Positions 9,527 through 20,300 are shown, counted from the whole stretch's first letter. The stretch is 62,982 nt of DNA, filler included, from an uncultured Methanosarcinales archaeon (GCA_964398115.1; 7 parts of 7 records of this genome joined end to end with filler, not necessarily neighbours in it), one strand, 5' to 3'. Notes: a model not told the origin generated them from the sequence alone. Translations and numbers: made by a program.

Positions 9527-9630
9527 CGGTCTTTTTACCTAATTTTTTGTTATTTAAACTTTATCCGATTTTTTGTTTATATGGAAAAGAAAAAAGTTTT
9601 TATTAGTAACTACTATTTTCTAACTACAAT

Positions 9631-10215
9631 ATGAACATTGTAAAAGAGTACAAGAATTTAGACAGTCTTGTCACAAATTTTTGGACAGACAGTCATGACG
9701 GCATACTTCATATAGAAGATGCGTTGACAGAAAGTAGACGGGAAAGAATTTTAGAAGAAATGAAAGGCCACGAGACTTATCCTAATCCTAACGGCGAAGG
9801 ATTCCTAGAAATTTTTAGAAAAATGCAGAATTTAAAGAATGAGTTTCCAACCATTTATAGTTTGTATGAAGATTTTAACGAAGCTTATCAAGCCTTAACT
9901 GTGTTGAACGAAAACCCTGGTGGTGTGAATAGAGTTCAAGTTCAAAAGCATCCTCGCGGGGAAAGTCATGGTCGGCATAAAGATATCGATACTTGGCGGA
10001 ACTTGTCTGCTGTTTTCAACATAAGAGATCGCGCCCCTTTTTATTACTGGACTGGAAAAGATGAGGATGAAAGGCATAAGATTGCTACCACTCCTGGCGA
10101 TCTCATTTTGGTACGGCAAAATGTTGAAGGACGTGAGGATTTGAGAACGTATCACGGCCGTGGAGAAGTTAGTGAGCCCAGGTATGAAGTGGTTATGAGT
10201 GAAGAAGTTCAGTAG
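9631..10215 (+). CDS. 2OG-Fe(II) oxygenase superfamily protein
   Basis: HxD (HKD), distal H (YHG) and R-x-x-V (PRYEVV); PGDLIL strand. Confidence 0.7.
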   Translation: MNIVKEYKNLDSLVTNFWTDSHDGILHIEDALTESRRERILEEMKGHETYPNPNGEGFLEIFRKMQNLKNEFPTIYSLYEDFNEAYQALTVLNENPGGVNRVQVQKHPRGESHGRHKDIDTWRNLSAVFNIRDRAPFYYWTGKDEDERHKIATTPGDLILVRQNVEGREDLRTYHGRGEVSEPRYEVVMSEEVQ

Positions 10216-10478
10216 AGAACGTTGTAAAATTCGAAATGTTGCCTTACAAGGTATCGTCCTTCTCTATGACCTCTTGAATCTATAAGTTTTAGACCGGGCG
10301 AGATTAAGTCGTAGTTTTCACGCCCAGCTATAGCTTCTGCTTTTCTCTTCACTAGTCGTTCAGCTCTTTCCAAATTGTCTCGGCTATCTTCAATTAAGAC
10401 TTTATCCACCGGTCCTTCCAATCCGTGTAAGCCGTGTAGGTTGAGTACGTCCTGACGTATCGTTGTTGGTTGTTCCAC
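10209..10478 (-). CDS. Hypothetical protein
   Basis: 89-aa ORF. Confidence 0.4.
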   Translation of the reverse strand: MEQPTTIRQDVLNLHGLHGLEGPVDKVLIEDSRDNLERAERLVKRKAEAIAGRENYDLISPGLKLIDSRGHREGRYLVRQHFEFYNVLY

Positions 10479-10572
10479 TCTATCTTCTAAAAAAAGTTTC
10501 TTAGGTTTTTTAACACTACTCTCTTTTTTTAGAAAGTTTTATAAACGTGGTTTTTCCATTCTTTTTTCTACT

Positions 10573-10644
10573 ATGAGTTTGACTAGCAACTTCGGACAGT
10601 TTTTTGTGTTGCTAGTCCTATTTCTGATTGTCATTATTAGCTAG
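10573..10644 (+). CDS. Candidate 23-aa single-TM peptide
   Basis: MSLTSNFGQFFVLLVLFLIVIIS*, about 30 nt after TTTTATAAA; resembles YjcZ-type peptides. Confidence 0.35.
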   Translation: MSLTSNFGQFFVLLVLFLIVIIS

Positions 10645-10785
10645 TGTGGGGTTTTTCGGCGCTTCGCGTCTCTTTTTTCGGCGGTGATACGCCTTCACTT
10701 TTGACGCGTTGTGACGAGGCTTTGTGGTTGAGAATACCTTACTATTTTTTCCTTTTCAGAAAAAAATTTGGAGGTTTGATAATTC

Positions 10786-10983
10786 ATGTTTGATTTAGGA
10801 AATGAAGAAGTTCAGGAAAGTAAAAGGAAAGAGTTCAAGGGTGATTTGATAGAGAGATTAAGGTTAATGGAGAGAGAAAGTGAACCGGAGAGGGCGACGT
10901 TGCCTGAAACTCCTGGTAGGTTACGTACAGAAACAGGGAGTTATCATTCCAGTGTTGACACGCCTGATCTTTACTCTCCTTGA
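10786..10983 (+). CDS. Small hypothetical protein
   Basis: GGAGGT SD-like site before the ATG. Confidence 0.5.
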   Translation: MFDLGNEEVQESKRKEFKGDLIERLRLMERESEPERATLPETPGRLRTETGSYHSSVDTPDLYSP

Positions 10984-11005
10984 TAAATTTTTTTCTTTTC
11001 TTTTT

Positions 11006-11563
11006 TTATTTGAATATTTTTTTGGTGAATTGGTAGGCTTTGTATCCTAGTTCTGCCACTCCCATTTTCATTTTGTTGACTAGGCCTACGCCTTGTATTT
11101 CTACACCGCCTTGGTTGTATGCTTTTCTTAATTCTTGCATGGGTTTGTTGCTATTTTTGATACGGTTGAATGTGGATTTGTTGAGCTCCACTTTGAGTGT
11201 TGGGTCTTTTATCGTGTCTTTTCCTACTTTTCTTAAAGTCCCGTTTTTGGTTCGGAAGCTGTAGTCTTCTACTTGGTTTCCTTTGTTTACGTAGATGTTC
11301 GCTTTTTGGTTGCCTGCGAAGAACTTGCTCATCTTGCCTAGCATTCCTTTCTTTTGTCCAGTCATGCTGGGCGCGTTTTTGTTGGTGAATTTGCAGTCAT
11401 CTCCACCGCTGTCTAGGTTTCTCATTTTTTGTTTTATGCTTCTCAACTTGCTTTTCAGGCTTTGTAGTTTGCTCTTTAGACTTCTTATTTGTCCTTTTAG
11501 GTTTCCGCTTTGGCTTATTCCTCCGCCGCCCATACCGGCTCCTTGTCCTTGTTGCATTGCTTG
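11006..11563 (-). CDS. Hypothetical protein, C-terminal part (5' truncated by contig end)
   Basis: Gly/Gln linker, coiled coil and C-terminal domain; ORF open to the gap. Confidence 0.6.
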   Translation of the reverse strand, partial: QAMQQGQGAGMGGGGISQSGNLKGQIRSLKSKLQSLKSKLRSIKQKMRNLDSGGDDCKFTNKNAPSMTGQKKGMLGKMSKFFAGNQKANIYVNKGNQVEDYSFRTKNGTLRKVGKDTIKDPTLKVELNKSTFNRIKNSNKPMQELRKAYNQGGVEIQGVGLVNKMKMGVAELGYKAYQFTKKIFK

Positions 11564-11663
11564 NNNNNNNNNNNNNNNNNNNNNNNNNNNNNNNNNNNNN
11601 NNNNNNNTTAATTAATTAANNNNNNNNNNNNNNNNNNNNNNNNNNNNNNNNNNNNNNNNNNNN
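11564..11663. other. Artificial contig linker
   Basis: N-run/TTAATTAATTAA/N-run; identical linkers at 21622-21721, 31364-31463, 40955-41054, 49984-50083 and 58361-58460. Confidence 0.98.
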
Positions 11664-11665
11664 AT

Positions 11666-13771
11666 TCGGGGAGTTGGGATGACACCGTCCGCAAGATAGA
11701 CTCATCTGGCTCAGAGGTTTGGTCATTTACTGGGCATACTAGTAATGTGGAAGGTGCATCAGTTCTTTCTTATCCTAATTTGGGTGGAGGTACGACTGCT
11801 TTTACTTTTTCGGCGGTTGATACAGTTTTGTTTTCGGATGATGTGTTTAAGTCATCTGTTTTGTCTAAAAACTCTGCTAATATTATTTCGCTTTCAGGGG
11901 GAGCAAGTAAGGTTCAAGGTTTCTTTAAGAGTATTGTTGATACGCTCTCTCTTTCTGGGACAGTCGCTAAATTAAAAAGTGCGTTTTTGAGTGTGAAGGA
12001 CACTGCTTCGCTTTCTGGTTCGCTGAATACTCTTCAGACGCTTTCAAAGAAGGTTTCTGATGCACTATCTTTATCCGGCTCGCTTTCTGTCCTTACATCG
12101 TTTGCAAAGAGTTTCTCTGATTCAGTTGCACCTTCCGATTCGGCATCACTTGTTACACGATTTACGAAAGATATTTCCGACTCACTTTCGTTGGGTGGAT
12201 TTAAGAGAGTTCTTGTCAGCTTTTCTAAAAGGTTACAAGATAGCGTGTCTCTTGCGGGTGCCTTAAGGTCTTCTAAGAAGCTCTTTGTGAGCTTAAAAGA
12301 CACAGTGCGGTTGTCTAATATTGGGGCTGCTCTTTCACAATTTCTTTTGGATACTTTACAGCTCGGTGAAACCAGGAGCTCTTTGTTTAATACTTCCAGG
12401 AAATTACAGGATACACTTTCGTTGGGTGGATTTAAGAGAGTTCTTGTCAGCTTTTCTAAAATTGTTCAGGACAGTTTGAGTTTAAGTGGTTTCCGGCAAA
12501 TTCTTTTGGGGCTTACACGGGTGTTGCAGGATAGTGTAACTCTAACAGGACGCAAGATAGGACGGGTTGTCTTTAATATAGCTGATACTTTGAAGCTAAA
12601 TGAAAACTTGGGCAAACTTAGCTCACTTGGGAAGCGGGTAAGTGATTCGGTGAGTTTGGTTGGCAGTGTTATTACGGATAAAGTAGATAGATTTGCGGTT
12701 GTGTTGTCTGATACATTGAATTTGGTAGAGACAAAACGATTAGTGGCTACGCTCTCCAGAAAAGTGAAAGACACTCTTACCTTAGTGGGCAAAAAACTTG
12801 TGGATGCTACTGGTATTTCGGCTCTTTTCTTAGTTGAAACTTTGAATTTGTCGGGTCAAGTGAGTAAAGCCAGCTCGTTTGCTAAAAGGTTTCAAGATGG
12901 TTTGACTTTGGCGGGTAATAAACTGCTTTCTCTGGAGAGATTTGTAGCCGATAGCATAGCTTTAGCTGGGAAAACTTTATTGAATGTTTTTGTTTCTTTG
13001 CGAGAGACCCTCAATTTAGGCGAGACATTGAATCGTTTTAGTGCATTTAGCATCAAATTTGCGGAGACAATAACTTTAGTTGGTAATAAAGCCATATCAG
13101 CCCTTAATAGGTTTGCGGTGGCGTTGTCGGATTCTCTTTCTTTGGGGGAAAGTTTAGCTAAACTATCTACTTTTAGCAGGAAAATTGCAGATTCCATATC
13201 GCTTGCTGGGAATGTTGTTTTGGATAAGCTAGATAGGTTTTTTGTGGCAGTGTCGGACACGCTTCAGCTCAATGAAAACTTTACTCGGTTGTCTAAATTT
13301 AGTAAGGTTGTAATGGATACTGTGACTCTCTCAGAGAGCCTTCAGAAGTTATTAAGGGTTACGAGACAGATAAGAGATACCTTGAGCTTGAGTGGAGCGA
13401 GAGAGGCGGTTACGAAATTCAGTAAGAGAATACAGGATAATGTAGTTATAACAGGGCTGTTAAATACTGCTTTAATATCAGTGAAATCTTTTGCTGATAC
13501 GATTACCCTTGCGGGGGAAAGGGTTGCCTCTCTACAATTTTTCAAAACTCTTCAAGATAATATATCTTTAATAGGAGCAAAACAGCTTTTGCTTAAAGCT
13601 ACCCAGTATTTGCAAGACAGTATTTCTCTCTTGGAGGAATACATCAGAAGGTTCTGGACATTTATTAAAAAGAACACAGCCAGCTGGACAGCTAAAACTA
13701 AAAATACGGCTTCTTGGTCGAGCAAGTCAAAAAACACTTCTAATTGGACTTTTAAGGACAAAAATAAATGA
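11666..13771 (+). CDS. Repeat-rich virion fibre/decoration-like protein (5' partial)
   Basis: ORF is open from the contig start (SGSWDDTVRKIDSSGSEVWSFTGH, WD40-like blade); roughly 30 repeats of about 19 aa (D-x-L-S-L-x-G...FSK); C-terminal KNTASW repeats. Confidence 0.6.
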   Translation, partial: SGSWDDTVRKIDSSGSEVWSFTGHTSNVEGASVLSYPNLGGGTTAFTFSAVDTVLFSDDVFKSSVLSKNSANIISLSGGASKVQGFFKSIVDTLSLSGTVAKLKSAFLSVKDTASLSGSLNTLQTLSKKVSDALSLSGSLSVLTSFAKSFSDSVAPSDSASLVTRFTKDISDSLSLGGFKRVLVSFSKRLQDSVSLAGALRSSKKLFVSLKDTVRLSNIGAALSQFLLDTLQLGETRSSLFNTSRKLQDTLSLGGFKRVLVSFSKIVQDSLSLSGFRQILLGLTRVLQDSVTLTGRKIGRVVFNIADTLKLNENLGKLSSLGKRVSDSVSLVGSVITDKVDRFAVVLSDTLNLVETKRLVATLSRKVKDTLTLVGKKLVDATGISALFLVETLNLSGQVSKASSFAKRFQDGLTLAGNKLLSLERFVADSIALAGKTLLNVFVSLRETLNLGETLNRFSAFSIKFAETITLVGNKAISALNRFAVALSDSLSLGESLAKLSTFSRKIADSISLAGNVVLDKLDRFFVAVSDTLQLNENFTRLSKFSKVVMDTVTLSESLQKLLRVTRQIRDTLSLSGAREAVTKFSKRIQDNVVITGLLNTALISVKSFADTITLAGERVASLQFFKTLQDNISLIGAKQLLLKATQYLQDSISLLEEYIRRFWTFIKKNTASWTAKTKNTASWSSKSKNTSNWTFKDKNK
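12183..12461 (+). repeat. 48-bp perfect direct repeat (12183-12230 and 12414-12461)
   Basis: CACTTTCGTTGGGTGGATTTAAGAGAGTTCTTGTCAGCTTTTCTAAAA occurs twice, 231 nt (77 codons) apart. Confidence 0.9.
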
Positions 13772-15270
13772 GTAAGATAATTTGGAACAATTTTTTGGGT
13801 GGACTTTCCAGCAATGAGCGTGTTGGCTCGGAGGGCTCTTTTCATAAGGGCTGGGGCGTTAATCCGCACAGGAAATTAGGTTATTTGCAGAATGGTCCCT
13901 CTGTTGATGAGTTTGCTGATAATAATTGGCTTACAAGTGTTGTTGATGTGGTAATGGCTGGTGATTGGATATTTTGGGTAGAAAGCGATGATAACTTTAA
14001 GATTGATGATTTGCCCACTGACCAGAGTGGCAGGTCTCATAGCTTTTCCGGCTCCAGCTCAACGAGTGTTTTTGACATGCAAGTTCTTGTGGAGAAGGGT
14101 TCCAAGAAACTTTACTATGCATATGAGACAAATGGCAGTGTGGAGATAGGTAAAGCAACAGCTGATTCGCTTTCCCTGTCGAGTGAGAATGATGACTGGT
14201 TGACGGGCTCGGGTTCGGGCGACCAGGGTCAATCCATTAGTGGTTCCGATACTCTTTTGGCTGGTTTTGGTGAGAAATTATTTATAAAAGATGTGAATGA
14301 GTTGGACCAATATGATGCTCTAGTTGATGCTTATACTACAGGAAGGTTAGTTCTCCCTAGTGAGATTGTTGCTTTAGACAATTCTCCAAATTATCTGGTG
14401 GCGTTGACGACGGATAATAATATTTATATTTGGGATGGCTTTTCTGATTCTTCCTCCGCGAATTTTGATATCCCTGTTGGGGAGGATGTCATGGATATAG
14501 TAGTCAAGGATGGAACAATTTATTTTGCTACATTCAAGGAAGGTTCTGCCTCTCAACCAGAGCAGATTATTATAAATAGGGTGTCTGGCAATTTTAGTGG
14601 TTATGAGCGACTGAGGGAATTAGATGTAGCAGATGTATCCACCCTTCCTGCAAGATACGCCTCTAATTTAGTTGCTGGTTCTGACGGAATTTATTTTATT
14701 CTTAAATTTGATGATAATAATAATAATAATGTAGAATATTATGTATTTTGCTGGGGTTCTCGTGCTGGCCAGGATGAGAGCTTAATTTGTCCTGTGTTTA
14801 CCTCGCAAAGTTATAATAGTTCTGTGAATAGTAGCAAGCCCATTGCCCCCCATATTCTGTTTGATGTACCTTTTCAGTCTACAGAAGGTTTATTTTGGTT
14901 TGATATTTTGGATAGCGAGCCTCGTCTTTGGGAGGCAAGACTCCCCGATACAGACGACACGAATGCGACATTGCAGACGACAGAAAAGACTATTTCGCAA
15001 CCTCAAAAAAACTATTTTAATGGTCGTATTCATGATGTCTTAATTCATTATACGGGTAGCAGTAACAGCACAGATGTTAAGTTGGTGCTGGATGGCTCGG
15101 AAGTAACAGTTGCTTCTGGTGACTCGTTTTCCAGTGGTTCCCGTATTAAAAAGTATAAGTTAAATAGTAAAAAATTTGACAGAGATTTAGCTGTCAAATT
15201 GGAGGGCGGGTTGCCGCAAATTTTTAAGATAGAAGTTTTTTATGAGCAAGTCGAAAGTTATACCAAATGA
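13768..15270 (+). CDS. Phage tail nozzle/stabilization-like beta-rich protein
   Basis: N-terminal NNFLGGL, beta-propeller-like composition, position upstream of the ejection-like proteins. Confidence 0.5.
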   Translation: MSKIIWNNFLGGLSSNERVGSEGSFHKGWGVNPHRKLGYLQNGPSVDEFADNNWLTSVVDVVMAGDWIFWVESDDNFKIDDLPTDQSGRSHSFSGSSSTSVFDMQVLVEKGSKKLYYAYETNGSVEIGKATADSLSLSSENDDWLTGSGSGDQGQSISGSDTLLAGFGEKLFIKDVNELDQYDALVDAYTTGRLVLPSEIVALDNSPNYLVALTTDNNIYIWDGFSDSSSANFDIPVGEDVMDIVVKDGTIYFATFKEGSASQPEQIIINRVSGNFSGYERLRELDVADVSTLPARYASNLVAGSDGIYFILKFDDNNNNNVEYYVFCWGSRAGQDESLICPVFTSQSYNSSVNSSKPIAPHILFDVPFQSTEGLFWFDILDSEPRLWEARLPDTDDTNATLQTTEKTISQPQKNYFNGRIHDVLIHYTGSSNSTDVKLVLDGSEVTVASGDSFSSGSRIKKYKLNSKKFDRDLAVKLEGGLPQIFKIEVFYEQVESYTK

Positions 15271-15574
15271 TAGTGAGCAAGATGTGTTGGACGACACTAG
15301 TAGCGAAGTCTTGGTTCAAGACCAGCCACAAGCAGAGCAACCAGAAGAATTGGTTACTGAAAGTGAAAGGGCAAGAAGGGAAAGGGATGTAGACCAATTT
15401 TTCCCTCTGGAGAAACTTTCTGGTAGAATAAAGGTGATGGATTCTAGTACTATTAAATCAGTTAAACCCAAGCGGGTCGAACAACAAATCCGCCTTTCCA
15501 ATGATGGAGGTACTATTAGATTGTGGGTTTATGTACAAGACAATGTTGGGTGGAAAAATGTAACTCTTTCTTAA
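15242..15574 (+). CDS. Phage hypothetical structural protein
   Basis: RLWVY...GWKNVTLS C-terminus typical of small virion proteins. Confidence 0.5.
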   Translation: MSKSKVIPNDSEQDVLDDTSSEVLVQDQPQAEQPEELVTESERARRERDVDQFFPLEKLSGRIKVMDSSTIKSVKPKRVEQQIRLSNDGGTIRLWVYVQDNVGWKNVTLS

Positions 15575-15577
15575 TAT

Positions 15578-17305
15578 ATGGCTAATGGAAATCAAAATAA
15601 AACACCACATCCCCCTGATTTATCGAGGTCGTCTGAATTTAGACCTTTTGGTAAGTTAGAAATAGGTAAACCGCCCCGAGGTGCTCTCGCAAGGGATTTT
15701 TCTGATACTTTACCACGAGGACAATTTCCTGCTGGGGAAGGTTTGCCAACAGGACAAAAACAACAAGCTCAAAGAGCTGTTGGTATTCGCTCCGAACAAA
15801 AAGAAGCGCAGAATGAGATTACTAAAGCAGTGCAGAGCGTTCAGCAATTTCAAGGGGCTGATGCTTCGGCGGAAACGGGGGATGCTGCTGAGGCGGCCTC
15901 GCAGGCCGAGCAACAAGAGGAACCTACTCCGCCTGAGGAGATGAGAAAACAAGAACAGGATACCAGAGCAGACCAGGCTACTCCCGAGGATGCTCCCCCT
16001 GCCGAAGATGTGGAAGACAGCGAGAATGAAAAAACTAAAGAGACAGCCGATTCTATCATTAATAAAGCTGAGGGTTCGTCAGCGGCGGCGGAAGATTTAG
16101 AGGAGCGGGAGAAACAATTACAGGAATCCGTTAAGGAGCTTTCCTCTCAAGTGGAGGAGGCTCGTGGTTCTTTTAAGAACCGTATGGAGCAGATGAAGAA
16201 TTTTCTGTTTGGTGGCAGAACCAGTGAGGAGGAGCTCTTAGAGGAAAAAAGGGAAGAGGTTGGTATCTTAGAGCAAGTTCAGAAAATTAAAAAGCAGAAT
16301 AAGAAAGTAGCTGAAGTAAGAGGTAAGTTGGATGAATTAGACCGCCGAGAGCAAGCCAGATTGGAGCAAGCCGAGCAACGCTTGGCTTCTCATGATGCTA
16401 TTGAGACTGATAAAAGGCGTATAAGACGTGAATTTCAGAAAGAGAGAGCCGATATTTCCGCTGAACTTGGACAGCGTACTGCCGACTTAGAGGCTATGCA
16501 GGGGAATTTGCAACTTTCTCAAACTTTAGTGCAGGATGCGGTTGATGCTGCTGTCTCCGACCAGCGGCGTAAGTTTCAGGCCCTGCAAACAGTTACTAAC
16601 CAGGAGTCCTCTTGGCTTAATTCTTTGGAGCAAAGAGAGCGGAACTTTTTAGATGAATTAACTCAATTTCGGCGGAATGAGCTACAAAGGCAACGCTCTG
16701 ATATGCTATTCAAAATGAATTTATCAAAGTCTGCTGCTAGTCGTGGAGTTGATATGGGGTGGTCTGTAAAAAATATGAAAGAAATGAGTAGAGCGGAAGC
16801 AGCTCGGCAGTTTAATCAATCTGTTGGCGAGGCGGTAGAAGCCGAGAGTGCTACATCTGGTTCCGGTGAAGCTATTACACAAACTCTTGAAAACGCAGGG
16901 CTGGATACTACTGATTTGCTCACTGTTGACGGCATCAAGCGAATAGCTAGTGCTAAAGATTCTAGTGGTGAACCACTTTTTGGTCGGGCTGATATTAAAG
17001 CCTTTATGGATGTAGCCACTGATGCTACTGAGGGCACACAAGATGAACTATTGAGACAAGCTGGTTTTGGTCCTTCTGCTGAAGATGTGGTAGGAAATGT
17101 ACCTTTGGCGATTGCTAGTTTTTGGGATGCGGTAGCTGCTGTCCAATCCGGTGATAGGAATGTAGCTGAAGAAGACAGGAAGATTGTTAGTGATAAGCAG
17201 GCTGCTAAAGATTTTTTCCGTTCTGCTGGATTGCAGCCTGAAAATAATAAAGATATTAACGAAACCCTTAATACACACTTTGGGGATGGGTTCTTGGGAA
17301 TTTAA
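15578..17305 (+). CDS. Coiled-coil internal virion/ejection-like protein
   Basis: Long Q/E/A-rich coiled coil; gene context. Confidence 0.5.
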   Translation: MANGNQNKTPHPPDLSRSSEFRPFGKLEIGKPPRGALARDFSDTLPRGQFPAGEGLPTGQKQQAQRAVGIRSEQKEAQNEITKAVQSVQQFQGADASAETGDAAEAASQAEQQEEPTPPEEMRKQEQDTRADQATPEDAPPAEDVEDSENEKTKETADSIINKAEGSSAAAEDLEEREKQLQESVKELSSQVEEARGSFKNRMEQMKNFLFGGRTSEEELLEEKREEVGILEQVQKIKKQNKKVAEVRGKLDELDRREQARLEQAEQRLASHDAIETDKRRIRREFQKERADISAELGQRTADLEAMQGNLQLSQTLVQDAVDAAVSDQRRKFQALQTVTNQESSWLNSLEQRERNFLDELTQFRRNELQRQRSDMLFKMNLSKSAASRGVDMGWSVKNMKEMSRAEAARQFNQSVGEAVEAESATSGSGEAITQTLENAGLDTTDLLTVDGIKRIASAKDSSGEPLFGRADIKAFMDVATDATEGTQDELLRQAGFGPSAEDVVGNVPLAIASFWDAVAAVQSGDRNVAEEDRKIVSDKQAAKDFFRSAGLQPENNKDINETLNTHFGDGFLGI

Positions 17306-17307
17306 TT

Positions 17308-20300
17308 ATGTCTCCTTTACCTTCTCAACTCAAACAAAATACCTCAGTTGACCAGCAGAGCAGAAACTCTGGTCTTTTGGCCTCGCAGATACAGCAGGGT
17401 TTTACTGCTGGTAGGGACGAAAATCCTAAAATAGATGATGTTTTGGGGGCTGAGCCACCGGAGAATAGAAAGGAAACCACCAAACAGCGGGAGAAGGTTT
17501 GGTCTGAGCAAATTTTTCCGTCAGTAAGTGGGCTCTATAAAGATGTAACAGTCGGAAACAAGTTTTTCTCTCCTACTCCCGAGGATTTTATTTCTTCTAA
17601 TAAAATTCAAGGCGAGATGGCTTCTCAATTAGCTGAAGACATCCGTGAGGGGAAGGTGTCCGAAGACCAGGTTGACAATATTAAGAAAATAATGGGGAAA
17701 AAGGATTTGGCTGATGAGTCCAAAACGGAAGAAATTTTAACTAAAAGCGATAGGCAGGTTGTTGGTGATGTTTTAGGGACTGCTACTTGGATGCTTCCCG
17801 GGTTGGGTGTCAGTAAAGGTTCTATTCTGGGATTAAAAGGTTTATCTCGCACTTCTAAACTTAAGGGGGCGACTAAGTTAATTGGCAGAGGTGGTGCTTT
17901 TGGTGGAACAGAGTTGGCTGCTATGGGGCTTTCCGAGGGTGCTGATAATGAAACTGTTGCTAAAAGATTTGCCCAAGGAATTGCGCTGGGAGCGGGCGCA
18001 GAAGTTGCGGGACCCGTAGCTTTTAAGGCGGCTCGCAAGAGCTTGGATGGTTTGGCTAAGAGTGCCCAGAAGGTTGGGCGGGTGAGCAGAAAACAAGTTC
18101 CCAAGGCTTTTCCTGAATCTGTCCGTGGTGCTGCTGATGATTTCAAAAAATTCTTCACAAGTGTTGATGGAGTATTTTCCTCTTTGGGGAATTACGGTAG
18201 AGAGGTAGCGAGAAAACTCCATACAGCAAAAAATGCTTCCTTTCGCAAGGCTTCCCAGTGGATGACCAGATTAAGTGATAGTGGCTTTGAGAATTTAAAC
18301 TTTAATGAACGTTTAGCTCTTCAGGATGCTGCCGAGGGGAGAATAGCACGAAAAGATTTAACTCCGAAGGTGAGGCAAGTTTTTGATGAATATGATGGGA
18401 TTAGAAAAGAAATTGACCAGCAAATGAAAAAGGTGGGGGCTAAAATAGTTAGGCGGGATGGCTCTAAAACTAAATGGCGAGGGCGGAAAAACTTTTTCCC
18501 GCACGTTGTTCCTTCGTTGGATGCGTTACAGAATAAAGAGGTTTTTAACCGAGTAGTAGATGATGCTGTTAGAAGGGGGCGGTTTCCTAATCGCCTGGAG
18601 GCTGAAACGGCTTTAGACGATTATATCCAGTTTGCTTCTTCTAATGGTAAGAAAAGAGGAGATGTTATTGCTAACCGCTTGGTGAAAGAGGGAAAGGCAA
18701 AAGATTTGCAGGAAGCTAAGGGAATGTTGAGGCAATTTATAGAAAGACCACGGAAGGCTCCTTCTCGTGTTCAGAAAGCCAGGGAAATAGATTTTCCTTT
18801 CTGGGAGCCTGACCCGGCTAAAGTGATGCAAACGTATTTAGCTGATGCTGCTGATGTTATTGAGGATACAAGGGCGTTCGGACCCGGCAGAAGAGATTTT
18901 GCTAAAAAAATACAACAGATTCGGGACGAAGTAGATACTAATTTTTCACAAAAGGGAGCGGAAAGAGCCAAAAGGCAACTTGATAAAGTGGATAAAGCTC
19001 TCAAGGGAGAATTTGAGGATTTTGGCCCGGAAGAGGCTATTCGCACGATTCGGGAAGTAAATAACTTACAGCTAGCTTTCGCTCAAATGCTTAATATTGC
19101 CCAAAATTTGAATACTTTTTTGGCGACTGACTTACCCTCTGTTGCCAAGGGTTTGAGGTTATTCTTTACTGATGAGGGGAAGCGCAGGGCGTTTCAAACA
19201 GGAGCTTTAATGGATAATCTTTTGCGCCAATCAGCTACATTGGGGAAGGAGTCCGGTTTTTCTCAAAGGTTTCTTAAGGTAACTGGCTTTACCGGTGTTG
19301 AGAGGTTTAATAGAACTGTTGCCGCTAACGCAGGTATTGAGTATTCCCAAAGGTTGAGAAAACAATTATTGAAAAACCCCGATAGCAAGTTTATAAGAAG
19401 GCAAATGCAAGAGATGGGCTTAGACCCCGAAAAGGCACTTCAGCGTCCTTTCACTGAAGAAGAGTTACTTACAGCAGGGCAGAATAAGGCCTTTCAAACC
19501 CAATTTAGGAGTTCGGAGTTAGATATGCCCTGGTTTACCCAATCTCCAATGGGGCGACTTGGCTTTCAGTTTAGAAATTTTGCTTTTAACCAGGCTCGGT
19601 TTTTGAAGAATCGGCTTGGTGGACAGTTAGCGGACGGTGAGTATGGTAAGCTATATAGAGATTTGGCTATTTTGGGCACTGCTTTTCCTATGACGGGAGA
19701 AGTTGTGGCTGATTTAAGAAGTGCAGTTACAGGTACTTCTCGTCCGTCTGACCCCTTGCAGCGTTATTGGGAGAACTTTACAAGTGTAGGGGGAATGGGG
19801 ATTTTCGCTGATATGATAAGGTCTGCTCGTTGGGGAGATGTCTCCGGTTTTATAATAGGCCCCTCCGCCCGTTGGGGGGAGGCGGTTAGTTCTGTGGTTC
19901 AAGCTGCGACTGGTGATAAGTGGAGTAATAGGGATTGGCAGACCGCCTTGTCCTTGCCGGGTGTTACACGACCTATCGCAGAGAGAGCTTTCCCCACTGA
20001 TAGTCCGGGTAGAAATACTTTCTTGCAGGAATTGGATTCTATTCTTTCCCGCACCAGTGGTTTTACGGATTTCCAGTCGGAAGTTAAAAAGTCTTCTCCT
20101 CCCGATGAGGTAAAATTAGATGAAGAAACAGAGAAGGCTTTGCGGGATGCTTTTGAAAAAGAACCTTTAGGTGAGATGCCTAAGGTTAATATAGAAGAAG
20201 AGCAATCCGATAATGAAAAAAGTGTTAGTTTTCAGGGAATGGAAGTTCGCATTCCTCGTAGTGTTCCCGGTCAAGCTGAAGCTCAGTTAGCTTTCGAGAA

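Noticed and set aside
11564..11663. Recurring TTAATTAATTAA palindrome in N-runs
   Set aside because: Artificial six-frame-stop linker between contigs; no synteny can be inferred across any of the six gaps
12183..12461. DGR template/variable repeat pair
   Set aside because: The copies are identical with no adenine-specific mismatches, and no reverse transcriptase is visible
14712..14730. (AAT)n microsatellite
   Set aside because: Short in-frame poly-Asn run with no sign of phase variation
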